Below are positions 46,044-57,953 of a stretch of 64,000 nucleotides of DNA, in pieces (the first letter of the stretch is position 1; the number at the start of each line of letters is the position of its first letter). Source of the stretch: Andalucia godoyi And28 (Eukaryota; Protista; Jakobida); the NCBI GenBank assembly GCA_009859145.1, contig VRVR01000002.1:161274-225273 (forward strand), read 5' to 3'. The position numbers were made by a program, and so were the translations under genes. The notes under the pieces are model-generated. The model saw nothing but the letters and a program-made list of their open reading frames with translations, had not been told where the DNA came from and did not search any database.

Positions 46044-46538
46044 CTACTGTTTATTTGCCAAGAGGTTGTCGAGGCGATCATAGGACGCCGCAACGCCCTT
46101 TTCCATATCGGACTTCATGACGAGATCTCGAGCTTCTTGGGAGTCGTACGTAATGGTTGCTGAGAAGGCGGTAGTAGAGGGACCTGCTTCTTTGAGTGCA
46201 GTGGAAATGACCGCAGTTCCAGGATACCACGCTTGGTCAAACTTCTCGGTATGCACCAAATGCGTTGGCGGTTCGATCCGCGTGTACGTTCCCTCAACAC
46301 CCATTCGACTTGTGGGATCATCCTCGCTTCCCCAAACATACCGGTACTTTCCCCCGATGCGAAAGTCGATATTGCACACAGGCATGGTCCCTGCAGGAGG
46401 CCCGAGAAGCCACTTGGACACCAAGGAAGGGTTCGTCAGTGCTTCATACACATCAGAAGGAGTCGCCCAGAAGACTCGAGTCATGACGATCTCGCGGTCT
46501 CCAGAAGCACGTATTTGCAGTTTGGCAGGCGTTTGCAT
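46044..46538 (-). CDS. SRPBCC (CalC/Aha1-like) domain protein of bacterial type
   Basis: 164 aa, intronless. DREIVMTRVF...WLLGPP..TMPVC.ID.R.GG.YRYVW...LVHTEKFD..WYPG.A....MEKGVAASYDRL..LL matches the bacterial SRPBCC pattern along its whole length. Confidence 0.85.
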   Translation of the reverse strand: MQTPAKLQIRASGDREIVMTRVFWATPSDVYEALTNPSLVSKWLLGPPAGTMPVCNIDFRIGGKYRYVWGSEDDPTSRMGVEGTYTRIEPPTHLVHTEKFDQAWYPGTAVISTALKEAGPSTTAFSATITYDSQEARDLVMKSDMEKGVAASYDRLDNLLANKQ

Positions 46539-47254
46539 TGCGTTCCTTTTCAAAATATTTCAACTGAGTAGACGCGGCTGCTGGGTACCAGAGATGGGAA
46601 TTTTTTTTAAATTAAAAAACGGGGGTGGGAGAGTGAGTGATGCTGCTGTTTCTCACAAAGACGACAACAAACAGCATGTATGAACGCACGAAAAAAACAA
46701 CAGGGCAAACGAAATGAGAATCCGTGGTGCTCGCTTGACAACTCCAAGTTCGAGGCTGATTTGGTGGAATGTCCCAAACTGTTCAGCGCTAATTTCTGGG
46801 GACCCTGTTTAATTTGTTTTTTTCTTTTTCCACGCGATGCCAATATACGTGACCCCTTGCCACGCTACGCAAGACGTATGATATTTTCGCAGCAAACCCT
46901 TTGATGCTGGGTCACCGCAGGGGCGCGTCCACTTCCACAGCCTCGCACCATGCGGGACGAGAACCAAGTCCCACTCGACCAAAGGCGCATGAATCAGGAT
47001 TCATCAGCAGATCCGCAACCTGACGACGGACACGCATCGCAAGCTTGCAATGTAGTTAATTATAATTAATCATTAAAAAAAGAAGCATCGTCATGAATCA
47101 AAGTCCACAGGAACTGGGAGTGAATTGATTTTCTGGATGCTCATCTTTGAACTGTGTGGTGTTCATTTTACAAGGAACTGAGAACTGGGAACTGGGAAAT
47201 CAAAAATAAAAGAGTGAACAACCGTCCGACAACTGAAACGAAGAGTCTCAGTTC

Positions 47255-47297
47255 ATCCGCACATCTCGCGCTTTGGGCTTTCCAAGACATGCATCAT
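47255..47297 (-). promoter_or_regulatory. SECIS element (core, helix II, apical loop) in the 3' UTR of the selenoprotein gene
   Basis: Minus strand: AUGAU-GCAUGUCUUG-G-AAA-GCCCAAAGCG-CGAGAUGUGC-GGAU. UGAN/NGAN quartet, 10-bp helix II fully paired with G-U, unpaired AAA at the canonical distance. Confidence 0.85.
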
Positions 47298-47495
47298 GGG
47301 ATCCGTCCGTTGATCCAAATCCGAGCAGCCAGAAACGAGCTGTCCTGGATCTGATCTGATCAACGTCAGGAAAATCGGGGAGCGGTCCAGTGGGACACCA
47401 TTTGCTTCGAAACCGCAGAAGAAATGACATTCTGGAAAAAGAAAAAATCATCTTCCCAAGTGAAGCGAGACCTGCTTCGTCATGCAAGGCTCGCC

Positions 47496-47753
47496 TTAAG
47501 CAGTTGCAGTAAGACTCTTGATGGCTGCAATGATCTCGTCCGCAGTCGGGAAGCGTCCGCTCTTGAACTTGGACCAGATCACGATGCCTGCATCTGTCGT
47601 GATCTCAAATGCTGACGAGCGAGGAGGCTCGGGATTCATCAGGACACGCACGCCGGGAAGCAGCTTCTGAATGATATCTCCTGCGCTGCGTGCTTTGCCA
47701 AAGTAGCCTCAGGCGTTGCAAAACTCGATCTTGATAGCTTGGATAGCGGACAT
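47496..47753 (-). CDS. Rdx-family selenoprotein (SelW/SelH-like), Sec at TGA 47709-47711; absent from the ORF track
   Basis: MSAIQAIKIEFCNAUGYFGKARSAGDIIQKLLPGVRVLMNPEPPRSSAFEITTDAGIVIWSKFKSGRFPTADEIIAAIKSLTATA* (85 aa). CxxU motif, Rdx C-terminal SK...G.FP motif, and a downstream SECIS. Confidence 0.9.
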
Positions 47754-48880
47754 TTTTTTGTTGTAAAGTGAATATAGAACTCTCTTAAGCTTTTACGAAG
47801 AACGGAGGGGAAAAAGAAGAGAAAGGGGAAGAAAGAAAACGGAGAAGGGAAAACAGCATTGAACGACGGTGGGAAACACAAAACTTCAAGTGTCGCTGTG
47901 TCACTCTCACCCCTGCATGTGTCGCTGGTGTCATCCTGACAAGGCCAGCGTGGGCTATTATCGTTTATTACAACTGGCAGCCGTTTTCGGGGTTTTTTTA
48001 AGGAGGGGGAGAGCCAGTTGCATGACCCTTCGACTCTGTGGTCGGTGTTTGCATGTTTTCTTTAAATTACATGTGCGTAGCATGTTGTGTGTTGGGCAGC
48101 GAGATGTGTGGGTGGAGTTGAAAAGGTGTTAATATAATATATATATGTATATATATGTATATATATAATATTTTTTTTTAAAAAGGGGGTGACATGTAGA
48201 GAAGAAAAAACCTAACGATTCAAAAAGCTCGTTGAACGATCTGAAAAAGACGTTTGGAGCTTTCTGGTCTCGTGCTGGTCATAACGACAGCCCGAGAGCG
48301 ATGGTATTTCAATCCCACGTTTTTAATGTTAGAGGTGAATGGAAGAGATTCGAACACAGAAAATCGAAAAGGGAAAATAAACCCACGATAAGATTGAATC
48401 TCAAACGATAGCCTCGGTTGTTTCTGCAGAACGAGAAACAAAACAGAGGAGAAAAAACAAAAAAACACAGATCAGGAAAGTCGGGTCACGCGGTCACGAG
48501 ATCGCGGACGGACGAGCGGAATCCGCCCTTGCGGCATTTAATCCTTTTTTGAAACGCAAGGTTTTTTGGAAAAGTTTTCTCCCTGAAAAAACTCGAACTT
48601 GATGCATTGATGCTGTGATGCACTTTGAGCCTGACTGCAATGCTGACGTCAATATGCACGTCACATTTTCTCAACAACATTAGTTTCACATGTCTCTGTC
48701 GTGCTTTGAGGCATTTTTCTTTTTCTTTTATCTATTTTATTATCATTTTTTTAAAGTTTAAAATTAAGTATTTACTTATTTGTTGTTGTCGCTCATTTTG
48801 TTTTTGGCTTTTTTATATATTTTTTATTTTTTTACATTAGCAAGGAGTACTTTCTTGTTTCTTTTTGGGGGAGGAGGAAA

Positions 48881-50656
48881 ATGTCAGACGCCGTCACATT
48901 GAAGGATAAGGGCAATGCAGCTTTTTCAGCAGGCAATTTTGAAGAGGCAATTACGTATTTCTCAAAGGCAATTGAAGCGGACCCGTCGAATCATGTTTTG
49001 TACTCGAATCGGTCTGCCTGTTATTCTTCGTTGAAAGACTTTGAAAAGGCTTTGGATGATGCGGAGCATGTTGTGAAGATCAAGCCTGACTGGGCTCGTG
49101 GGTATTCGCGTAAAGGTGCCGCGCTTCATGGACTTGGACGCTTGCTGGAAGCTGCGGATGTCTATGAAGAAGGTCTGGCGATTGATCCTGGTAACAAGCA
49201 GATGTCGGATGCACTTCGTGAAATCGAGTCTGGACTGCGAGCTGAAGGCGGTGCTGCTGGAGCTCCTGGTGGTGCTGCTGATGGAAAGGACCCCTTTGCA
49301 TCCATGGGAAATGTGTTCAACGCGGGGTTGATTGACAAGCTGCGAAGCGATCCGCAGGGCCGTGCATTGCTTTTGCAGCCGGATTTTGAAGCGAAGCTCA
49401 GGATGATTATTGCAAATCCAAAGAGTCTTTCTGCGCATATGGGCGACCAGAGAATCTTGCAGGCGCTCATGATTGGAATGGGAATCAACGCCCAGTTTGG
49501 AAACGCTGGGGACTTTACCGGTAAGGGCGATGGAGATGTTCCCATGCGCGACGCTTCCAATGCAGAATCGGAGTATCGGTCGAAGGAGCAGCCGCAGTCT
49601 GCAAAGCCGTCCAAGCCAGCGGAGCCCGAGCTGTCTCCCGAGGAAAAGGAGAAGAAGGATCGCCTAACGAAAGCAGAGGCCCTCAAGGAGGAAGGAAACG
49701 CGCTCTACAAGCAAAAGAAGTTTGAGGAGGCGCTGAAGAGGTACGACGACGCTCTGGAAGTGATGCCGGAGAATGTCGCCTACATGAACAACAAGGCTGC
49801 GGTCTACATGGAACAAGGAGACTTTGACAAATGCATCAAGGAATGCGAAGACGCAATTGAAAAGGGACGTGCTGTTCGTGCGGACTTCACTGTGATTGCC
49901 AAGATCTTTGCACGCATTGGAAATGCGTATGCCAAACAAGGCAAGTATGATGAGGCCATTCAGGCGTATAACAAGTCTTTGTTCGAGCATCGTACTTCGG
50001 AGGTTGTCAACAAGCTTCATCAAATTGAAAAGACGAAGAAAGAGGCCGACATCAAGGCGTACCTCAATCCTGAAATTGCTCAGCAAGAGAAGGATCGTGG
50101 AAACCAGCTTTTCAAGGATGGAAAGTGGGACGAAGCAATTGCTGCATATTCCGAGGCAATCAAGAGGAACCCTGAAGATGCAACGTTTTATTCAAATCGT
50201 TCTGCGACATACCTGAAGATTGCGCAGTTCCATCCCGCATTGCAGGATGCAGACAAGTGCGTGGCACTCAATCCGTCTTTTGCAAAAGGTTGGCTGCGCA
50301 AGGGAAATGCACACTTTGGTTTGAAGGAGTACCACAAGGCACTGGATGCATTTGACCGCGGAATGCACCTTGATCCCAACATGTCAGAATTGAAGGAAGG
50401 CTCTGAACGGGTTCTTCTGGCGTTGCGGAGGGAGAGTTCGAGTGGACAAGTGGACGAAGAGCGCGCACAGCGATCCCTGTCTGATCCCGAAATCCAGGCA
50501 ATTCTTCGTGATCCTCAGATCAACATTGCTTTGCAGAACATGTCGGAGAATCCGCGCTTGGCAGCAGAGTACATGCGTGATCCTGTGATGTCGGCAAAGA
50601 TCAATAAGTTGATTGCTGCAGGTGTCTTGCGAACGGGCCCCGCCAAACCTGAATAG
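48881..50656 (+). CDS. STIP1: Hsp70/Hsp90 organising protein STI1/HOP
   Basis: TPR1 (LKDKGNAAFSAGNFEEAI...VLYSNRSA), DP1, TPR2A/2B, DP2 (DPEIQAILRDP...KL.AAGV). Confidence 0.95.
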   Translation: MSDAVTLKDKGNAAFSAGNFEEAITYFSKAIEADPSNHVLYSNRSACYSSLKDFEKALDDAEHVVKIKPDWARGYSRKGAALHGLGRLLEAADVYEEGLAIDPGNKQMSDALREIESGLRAEGGAAGAPGGAADGKDPFASMGNVFNAGLIDKLRSDPQGRALLLQPDFEAKLRMIIANPKSLSAHMGDQRILQALMIGMGINAQFGNAGDFTGKGDGDVPMRDASNAESEYRSKEQPQSAKPSKPAEPELSPEEKEKKDRLTKAEALKEEGNALYKQKKFEEALKRYDDALEVMPENVAYMNNKAAVYMEQGDFDKCIKECEDAIEKGRAVRADFTVIAKIFARIGNAYAKQGKYDEAIQAYNKSLFEHRTSEVVNKLHQIEKTKKEADIKAYLNPEIAQQEKDRGNQLFKDGKWDEAIAAYSEAIKRNPEDATFYSNRSATYLKIAQFHPALQDADKCVALNPSFAKGWLRKGNAHFGLKEYHKALDAFDRGMHLDPNMSELKEGSERVLLALRRESSSGQVDEERAQRSLSDPEIQAILRDPQINIALQNMSENPRLAAEYMRDPVMSAKINKLIAAGVLRTGPAKPE

Positions 50657-50924
50657 GAGGAATGTTTGCGATGAAAATGAAGTTGATGAAGATAATTAAA
50701 AAAATTTAAAAAAAACAAACACATAAAAACGGGAAGGAGAAAAAATGAAGAGGCGGAAGCATGAGCGAAAACAGCGTGAGAACGCGCAAGCGAAAAAGCC
50801 GGGCGAGGCACAACGATTCTGATTTTTTTCTTCTTTTCTTCTTCCTCATGTCTCTTTACACAATATTACAGCGAGTGACGATTGACGGGAAAGAAGAAAC
50901 GGTCTAGCACGTGCCCCTTTGTAA

Positions 50925-52676
50925 TTAGATGCGTCGACGTTTAATCGACCGGGATGGGGTCGGAGAGTCCGGCATTACGACATCGTTAATCTGCTCCATG
51001 TCAAAGCTTGATGTGCCAGTAAATGACACGGCACGAGTTTGGCGAATCGGTGGCAGGTTTGCCACATCTTGCTTGAACTTGGAGTTCTCCCAACCAGCCC
51101 GAACTCGCTTCTTTCCGGAAGACGGGGCAGCAGGAGACGGGGGAACATTCTCCGCATTGTCTAGAGTGTCCCTCGGAAAGATCGGATCAACATCGGTTTG
51201 CGGGGAGACGCTTCTGTTATGAGGAGCGTTCATGTGAGGAGAATCAATTCCACTTCCAATAAGCATTGATGGAACCGCATCTGCATCCTCTTCGTCAAAA
51301 TACACATTCTGGACCGGCAGCCTCTTCCGGGTAGCGGAAACCTTCTCTCTGGACACTGCAGGCCTCGCAGAGTCTGCGGTTGAGTGGACAAAGGCGGTGC
51401 CGACAATGGTCGGTATTGTGGAGGAAACAGGAACAAAGTCGAATACAGCGAAACGAGAAGTGGACTGCGGCACGACAGACAGTGGGGGATTCGGAGATTC
51501 CGTCTGTACTCCGACAACAGAACCTTTCGTTGCGGATGTCTGTTTCCGTGAAACATGAAACGGTTCCAACAGATCAAGATCCTGGTCAACGGCAGCCGCA
51601 GGATTGTTCGTCTCCAAACATCCTTTCGCACCTCGGGATTTCGAATCACTGCCGCGCTCTTCGTCTTCAAATTGTGCAATCTTCAACGACGGATCAAGCA
51701 TATTTGCAGATGGGGTCAAAGCAGACGGTGTCTGTGGATCTGCTTCCATGGCACTGTGGGGTCGGCTGCGGGGCTCGCGAGGATCATCGAACGCCGATGT
51801 GCTGGAAACACGTCTGGAGCACTTCAGCGTCGTCGCTGCCTCGATTTCCTCGTTCGCTGTGTTGAAAGGATCGAGCGAATCTCCAGAAATGATGGGAACG
51901 AGGCCATGCGCTGTGTGTCGTGTAGGAGGAGTCGTGACGTCATCTAGCCGCGACGAGCTGTCCAGAGGAAGCACCACGGTAGACGAGCCAGAACCAGAGC
52001 CCCATGAATCCAGGTTAGTCGAAACCGACGGGTCTGGAAGATCCAAGCGGAATTCGTACGGTACCGATTCCTCGTGGATACCGAGCATGCGTCTACCAAA
52101 CGAATCCAGTAGATGATACTGCGGAGTCTCCAAGTCAAACGATTGCAGGAACTCAACCTCCATAGAAGCGAAAATCGAATCCAAGGCAGCATAATTGACT
52201 GAGTTTCGAGCAAACTGCAAATGTTTCGCATCTGTCTTGCAGTGTTTGTCGATGTCAGTAACCGTAACTCTGCAGATCTCGCAATGCGCTTCCTTTGCCT
52301 CACGAACCTCAACGACAGCAACTGCTGCTCCTGTTCCTGCTCCTGCTCCTGCTCCTGCATTGTTGTTTTGAGACAAGGATTGCTTCTTTCGCTGCGCAAT
52401 TCTTTGATACAGCGCAATCGTCGACAGACCAGCACTTCTCGACTTTTCCCATGAATCCCGTGGCTTTCGGAATGGAGATTCCAACGGATGGCCGTCGTGA
52501 TAAACTCGCGGTAATTCCTGTCCTTTTTGTGCATCAAACAATTTAACCTGCACTTTGAATCGCAGCGACCGCTCCTCATACATGAAGTACCGAACGGACC
52601 CATCAGTGAATGCGGAACGGACGCGAATCGCCTGATCCATCGCATCGAGCATCGATAGCATCGGTCGTTGTTGTTG

Positions 52677-52707
<31 letters not shown>

Positions 52708-53282
52708 AATGGGACTAAGGAAAGTGGATTGTTCAACGCTGAAGCGCTGCCTGCATTTCGAGCCAGCTTCTGCAGTTCAAAGTCGATGCGATCATAGATC
52801 TTCATTCTCCGCATGTGTCGATCGAAGCGATGCCAATCAATCACGACAACCCCATTCTCATGACACGCTTGCAGCATCCTTTTCATTTCCGTCCCCCTTG
52901 AGATTCTATTTTGTTCCAGCGCCTTTTTGAGGTTCTTCCGGCTTGACGCGCTGAGCATGGAAGGGTTTGGCAGACTAGGATCGAAATGTCGTTGCTGTTG
53001 CTGCTGCTGTTGTTGTTGAAGCAATGGGTCTAGTATTTCGGATTCCATAAGCTGGTCATTCGTGTCTTCCAACACACAAATATGAATCATCGAAGCATTA
53101 AAGTGTGGAACAAGAGTGCAGTTCAGTTTCGTCTTCAAAACTGCTGCAAACACATCATACTTTCGAGACAGCCGAGAAACGTACATTGAGCGGCCCAAGT
53201 AAATATCGCGTGCTGGATCAGAAACTGAATCTTCTACTAATTTTCGAGATACTGGCGGCGCAACCATATTATACAAATCCAT
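50925..53282 (-). CDS. DBF4: Dbf4/ASK-like (Cdc7 kinase regulatory subunit) with zf-DBF zinc finger
   Basis: BRCT-like motif N, motif M-like segment (YFMYEERSLRFKV...LPRV....SPF) and motif C HCEICRVTVTDIDKHCKTDAKHLQFARNSVNYAALDSI, then a disordered tail. Confidence 0.7.
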
Positions 53283-53300
53283 GTCTTCTTTCTCTTCTCT

Positions 53301-53433
53301 CACTCTCCCACTCACAAACACTCCCACTCACACACTCACACACTCACACACTCACACACTCACACACTCACACACTCACACACACTCACACGCTCACACA
53401 CTCACACACACACACACACACACGCTCACACAC
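53301..53433. repeat. (ACTCAC)n/(CA)n compound microsatellite just upstream of the Dbf4-like start
   Basis: Directly visible. Confidence 0.9.
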
Positions 53434-54119
53434 GCAGACGCAGAGAGAGTGTGTGAAGAACGGTCTTGAATAATTTTAAAAACGGAAAAGAGAGAGAGAG
53501 AGAGAAAGGCTCAAAAAAGATGTTTGAAGTGAAGAAAACTGTGGAAATGTTTTCAGATATAGAACGTAACTCAGACGACAATGAGCATAGTAATGATGTT
53601 ATTGTTTTTGTTATATGTTTTTGTTTTTCTTTTTCTTTTTCTTTTTCTTTTTCTTCTTTTCTTTTCCTGTTCTTTTCGTTTTCTTGAGGAAACCAGAAGA
53701 TAGAACCAAACAAGGAAATCAAAGAAATCAAAGAAATCAAAGATAGAAAGAAGAAGAAAATATGGAAAACATTAATTTAAGAAAACAGCAGAGAAAGAAA
53801 AACCGAATTTCAATCATGCTCTTTGGGAAACCCGCCTTGGAGAAAAATGGTCTTTGAATTTCGAGTCGTGTCAAAAGACCCTGAAAAGGACACAACGAAA
53901 AGATTAACGAATAAACACAAAGGGAAATCGGTTCAGAGGGTTTCCTCTGCCGGATCTTTTCGTGCATCGATGAGTGCGTCATGTTTATGCTTCACTTTAT
54001 CTTTATATTGTTGATGTGTATGCTTTCTCGAATGCTATTTTCTCCGTTTAGTTGTGTTTGCAGTTGTTGCTGCATATTGTATATTTTACAGGTGTCCATT
54101 AAAGAGTAGGAGAATAGGG

Positions 54120-54868
<749 letters not shown>

Positions 54869-55222
54869 GAAGACCGGCAACCCCGGGACAATGGTTTCCG
54901 TTTTCAACTTGCCTTCGCCAATCTCGGTCGAATTTTTGTAAAGCATTGTACTTATCTTATGTTCCACCAGCCCTACAGCTTTGGATGACGGCTGTCGTCC
55001 TCCTTGTTCCCTACTTCTTCTCCATCCGTCCCAGCAGTTTTTGATCACTGGTGCAGACATCCTTCGTCCCCTTTGCGCGCGGAACCCCGGAATCTATGTC
55101 TCGTGCACTCCCTCATGCAAAAGACTATCGTACTTCACTTGACACACCGACGCTCGACACTAGACGCTTCACGGAATTAATTACTTGAAGTTCGAGTTCA
55201 TATAGTATCATTCAAACAGGGG

Positions 55223-55229
55223 TATATAA
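55223..55229 (+). promoter_or_regulatory. TATA-like box (TATATAA) upstream of the 115-aa ORF
   Basis: GGGGTATATAACTCC about 115 nt before ATG 55345. Confidence 0.35.
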
Positions 55230-55344
55230 CTCCATTTTATCTTCAGTAACCAGCTGAGACGTTTTTTGTTTTTGTTTTCTTGTTTAGCAATTTATCCCAA
55301 AAAGAAATCTGTAATCCCATCTCCAAAAAGCACCATCTACAACC

Positions 55345-55692
55345 ATGACTGACCAGCATCGCGAAACCTTCACTGAAAAGATTCAGCATGTCGCAGAGAA
55401 CGTGGGCACGAAGCTGCGCGACACCTTCCATCTCAACAAGGAGACCTCAACAGAAGCGCATCCAACCTCGGAAGCCGGAACGCAGGAAAGCTTCGGAGCC
55501 AAGCTGAAGGGCTTTGTGACAGGTAACACAGAGACGGCGCGGTCGGACAACCCGTTCGCAACTTCTGGTTCGTCCCTTGGCGTCGACGTTCCTCCTGGCA
55601 GCACCGCGACCAGCACGTTTTATGGATCGGAGTACCAGTCAGAGCCCGCTCATCGCATCCACTCCGAGTCCGAGCAGCTCCCACGCCCCTGA
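55345..55692 (+). CDS. Small hydrophilic LEA/hydrophilin-like protein, function unknown
   Basis: 115-aa ORF with coding-like composition (no Cys or Trp, rich in T/E/S/G), AT-rich leader and upstream TATA. Confidence 0.6.
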   Translation: MTDQHRETFTEKIQHVAENVGTKLRDTFHLNKETSTEAHPTSEAGTQESFGAKLKGFVTGNTETARSDNPFATSGSSLGVDVPPGSTATSTFYGSEYQSEPAHRIHSESEQLPRP

Positions 55693-55898
55693 TAAGGGAA
55701 ATCAGTAAATAGCTTCTGACCCACTTGAATGTCCTTAGTAATTTGCGCTGTCGTCCACGATCCCCAAGTGCGGGAAGGAGGTGGGGGAAAAAAAACACAA
55801 TTTACAGTATAAATGACAAAATCATCAAAGAAATCAAAAAGGAAGGAAGAAGAAGAAACAGCAAAAGTAACCCACGGCTCTACTGATCTCGTGCAGTC

Positions 55899-57431
55899 TT
55901 AATCATCCGCAGCGTCCTCGGCCTGCTGCTCCTCTGCGGCGGCTTCTGCAGCTTCTGCGGCGGCTTCTGCTTCCTGCGCGGCCCTCTCTTCCTCTTCGAT
56001 CCTGCGTCGTTCTTCTTCCTGTTCTCGGATCTTGCGCTGTCTGGCTTCTTCCGCCTCCTGCAATTTCCTGAGTCTGTCAATTTCAGCCTGTTCGATCCTG
56101 CGCCGCTCCTGCTCCTCCTCCTCAAGACGCTTATGTCGTTCTGCAATAACACCTTCTGTGCGCTGCAAGGCCCTGGAGATGGCTTTTGCAAGCAGCCTGT
56201 CCACAGTCGATCGTGCCTGGTTGTCGTTTTCCGCAACATGCTGCGAGACACGCTTTTGCAGCTCTGCAAGGTACGTTGTCTCGACATCCCGTTCAACGGT
56301 ATCGTAAAAGAATCCGGCGTCCGAAAGCGCATTCATGACCGATCCCTGCAAAGATCCCAGCAACGCTCGCGCAGCCTCCCGAGCCGCAAGCTTGTCCTTT
56401 GCTCTCTTTTCCGCTGCAAGTCTCGAGTGCTCCTGGTCTCTGCGACGCGCGATTTCCTCTTCTCTGCGCTTCTCTGCAGCCTCAAGCCGCTGCACCTCTG
56501 CAAGTTCTGCATTTCTACGAGATGTCATATCCTGTCGGTGCGCACGGATTGCCGAGAACTCGTCTTCCTCGAGCACTTCCAGCAGCGATTGCTCCAGGGT
56601 CTTCCCAACCAGCACATCAAGAATAGGCTCCACCTCAAGATCAAAGTGGAATAAATCGCCCTCGTAAATCTGAGTCTCAGAATCAACACCGGATTTGCGC
56701 GGGACAAACAACGGCGAAGGAGGACGGTCCATGAACGCATCAGTCTGCGTATCCACTTCCTTTTCAACAGGTCGGTCCGAAAGATCCTCGAGATACTCGT
56801 CAGTCTGCAACAAAAGATGCTGCCGACCCTCCACCGGTGGCGGGGTACGGGCACGCTGCGCTTCCATATCTTGCTGACGCTTTCGCTCCACACGAGCCTG
56901 ACGCTGACGCTCCTGGCGTTCTCTTTCCTGAATCATTCTCTCGGCTTGGGCCTGCACACAACAAACAAACAAACAAAAGTCAAGTAAGCCAAACCGTTCA
57001 TGCACATGGATCGACCAATTGTAATGAATCAGCCGACAAAAAAAACAAAAACAACAACAAGATCAAGATCAAGAAGAACATACTGCTGGAAGAACTTGGG
57101 CTGCATATGTCGAGCCACGTGCAACGCGACGATCCCACATCACATTTGTAGCACTGTCAATTGAAGCATTTAGTAAAAACCAAACCCACAACGATGAAAA
57201 CAACTCCCATGTAAGTCACTGGCATTTCCCCTCCAAAAACAAAAACGATTGGCAAAACAAACAAGAAAAAAAAACAGCAAAATGAGTGAAAGAAGAATCA
57301 CGAAAAGCATACGTTCTGGAATTTGCGCTCTCAGACTCTGGATCACGATACTTCTTTCGAGCGCCAACAGTGCGCGGTGCAGACCCCAATTGATATGCAC
57401 CCTGGTTCGGCACAAGTGGACCCGTATTCAT
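55899..57431 (-). CDS. RSPH3: Radial spoke protein 3, 3 exons (last exon 55899-56951)
   Basis: APRTVGARKKYRD | NVMWDRRVARGSTYAA | PPPVEGRQH..QTDEYLEDL.DRP.E.EVDTQTDAFMDRPPSPLFVP.KSGVD..TQI..GDLF.FD.EVEPIL.VLVGKT.EQSLLEV.EEDE. Confidence 0.95.
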
Positions 57432-57674
57432 GGTGCAGTACTGTGTGTCGAAAAAGCACAAAGAGCTGTTTTAAAAAGGGGGGGGAGTGCGGAAAGAAGA
57501 AGTGGAAAAATAAAGTTAGATCGAAAAAGAGAACTCTTTGAAGAACAAGAAAGCGGCAGAAAACGTTTCACCCAGAAAGCTATAGATGATCAGATAAAGC
57601 AAACAGAAAATGATAAAATATGAAAAAAGCAAAATACAACGTCCATCCGAGCGGTTGTTTTGGGGTCTGCGGAA

Positions 57675-57688
57675 GCATCACGTGATGC
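57675..57688. promoter_or_regulatory. Perfect 14-bp palindrome GCATCACGTGATGC (E-box core) in the RSPH3/MFS divergent promoter
   Basis: Directly visible; near-identical copy at 9887-9900. Confidence 0.4.
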
Positions 57689-57953
57689 AGTAAGTGCAGA
57701 GGATCCGGTTCCGCAATTGTCCGATCGAACAATAATAATAAAAATCCAACCAAAAATCAGCGCGTTGCACATTGAAAGACTCCAACTCATTGGTTTCTTG
57801 TTGTTGGCTTTTTGAGCATTTATTCATCTGTTATTTATTTATACGAGAAGAGGAGATCAGCAAAAACAAAAAATAATAAAAAGAAGGAGGTGAGGTGAAG
57901 AAGAAAAAAAAAAAAAGAAAGAAAGAAAGAAAAAGAAAAAAAGAATTTAATCG

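Noticed and set aside
46850-47060. GC-rich spacer with small hairpins (GGGAC...GTCCC; ATGAATC-AG-GATTCAT) as a possible snRNA, SRP or snoRNA
   Set aside because: I found no U1/U2/U4/U5/U6, SRP, RNase P/MRP or properly spaced C/D box signatures.
54870-55120. Minus-strand frame containing KFDRDW, echoing the Fanzor DRDW
   Set aside because: No following NxAxNI, no element ends or hairpins, multiple stops; likely coincidence.
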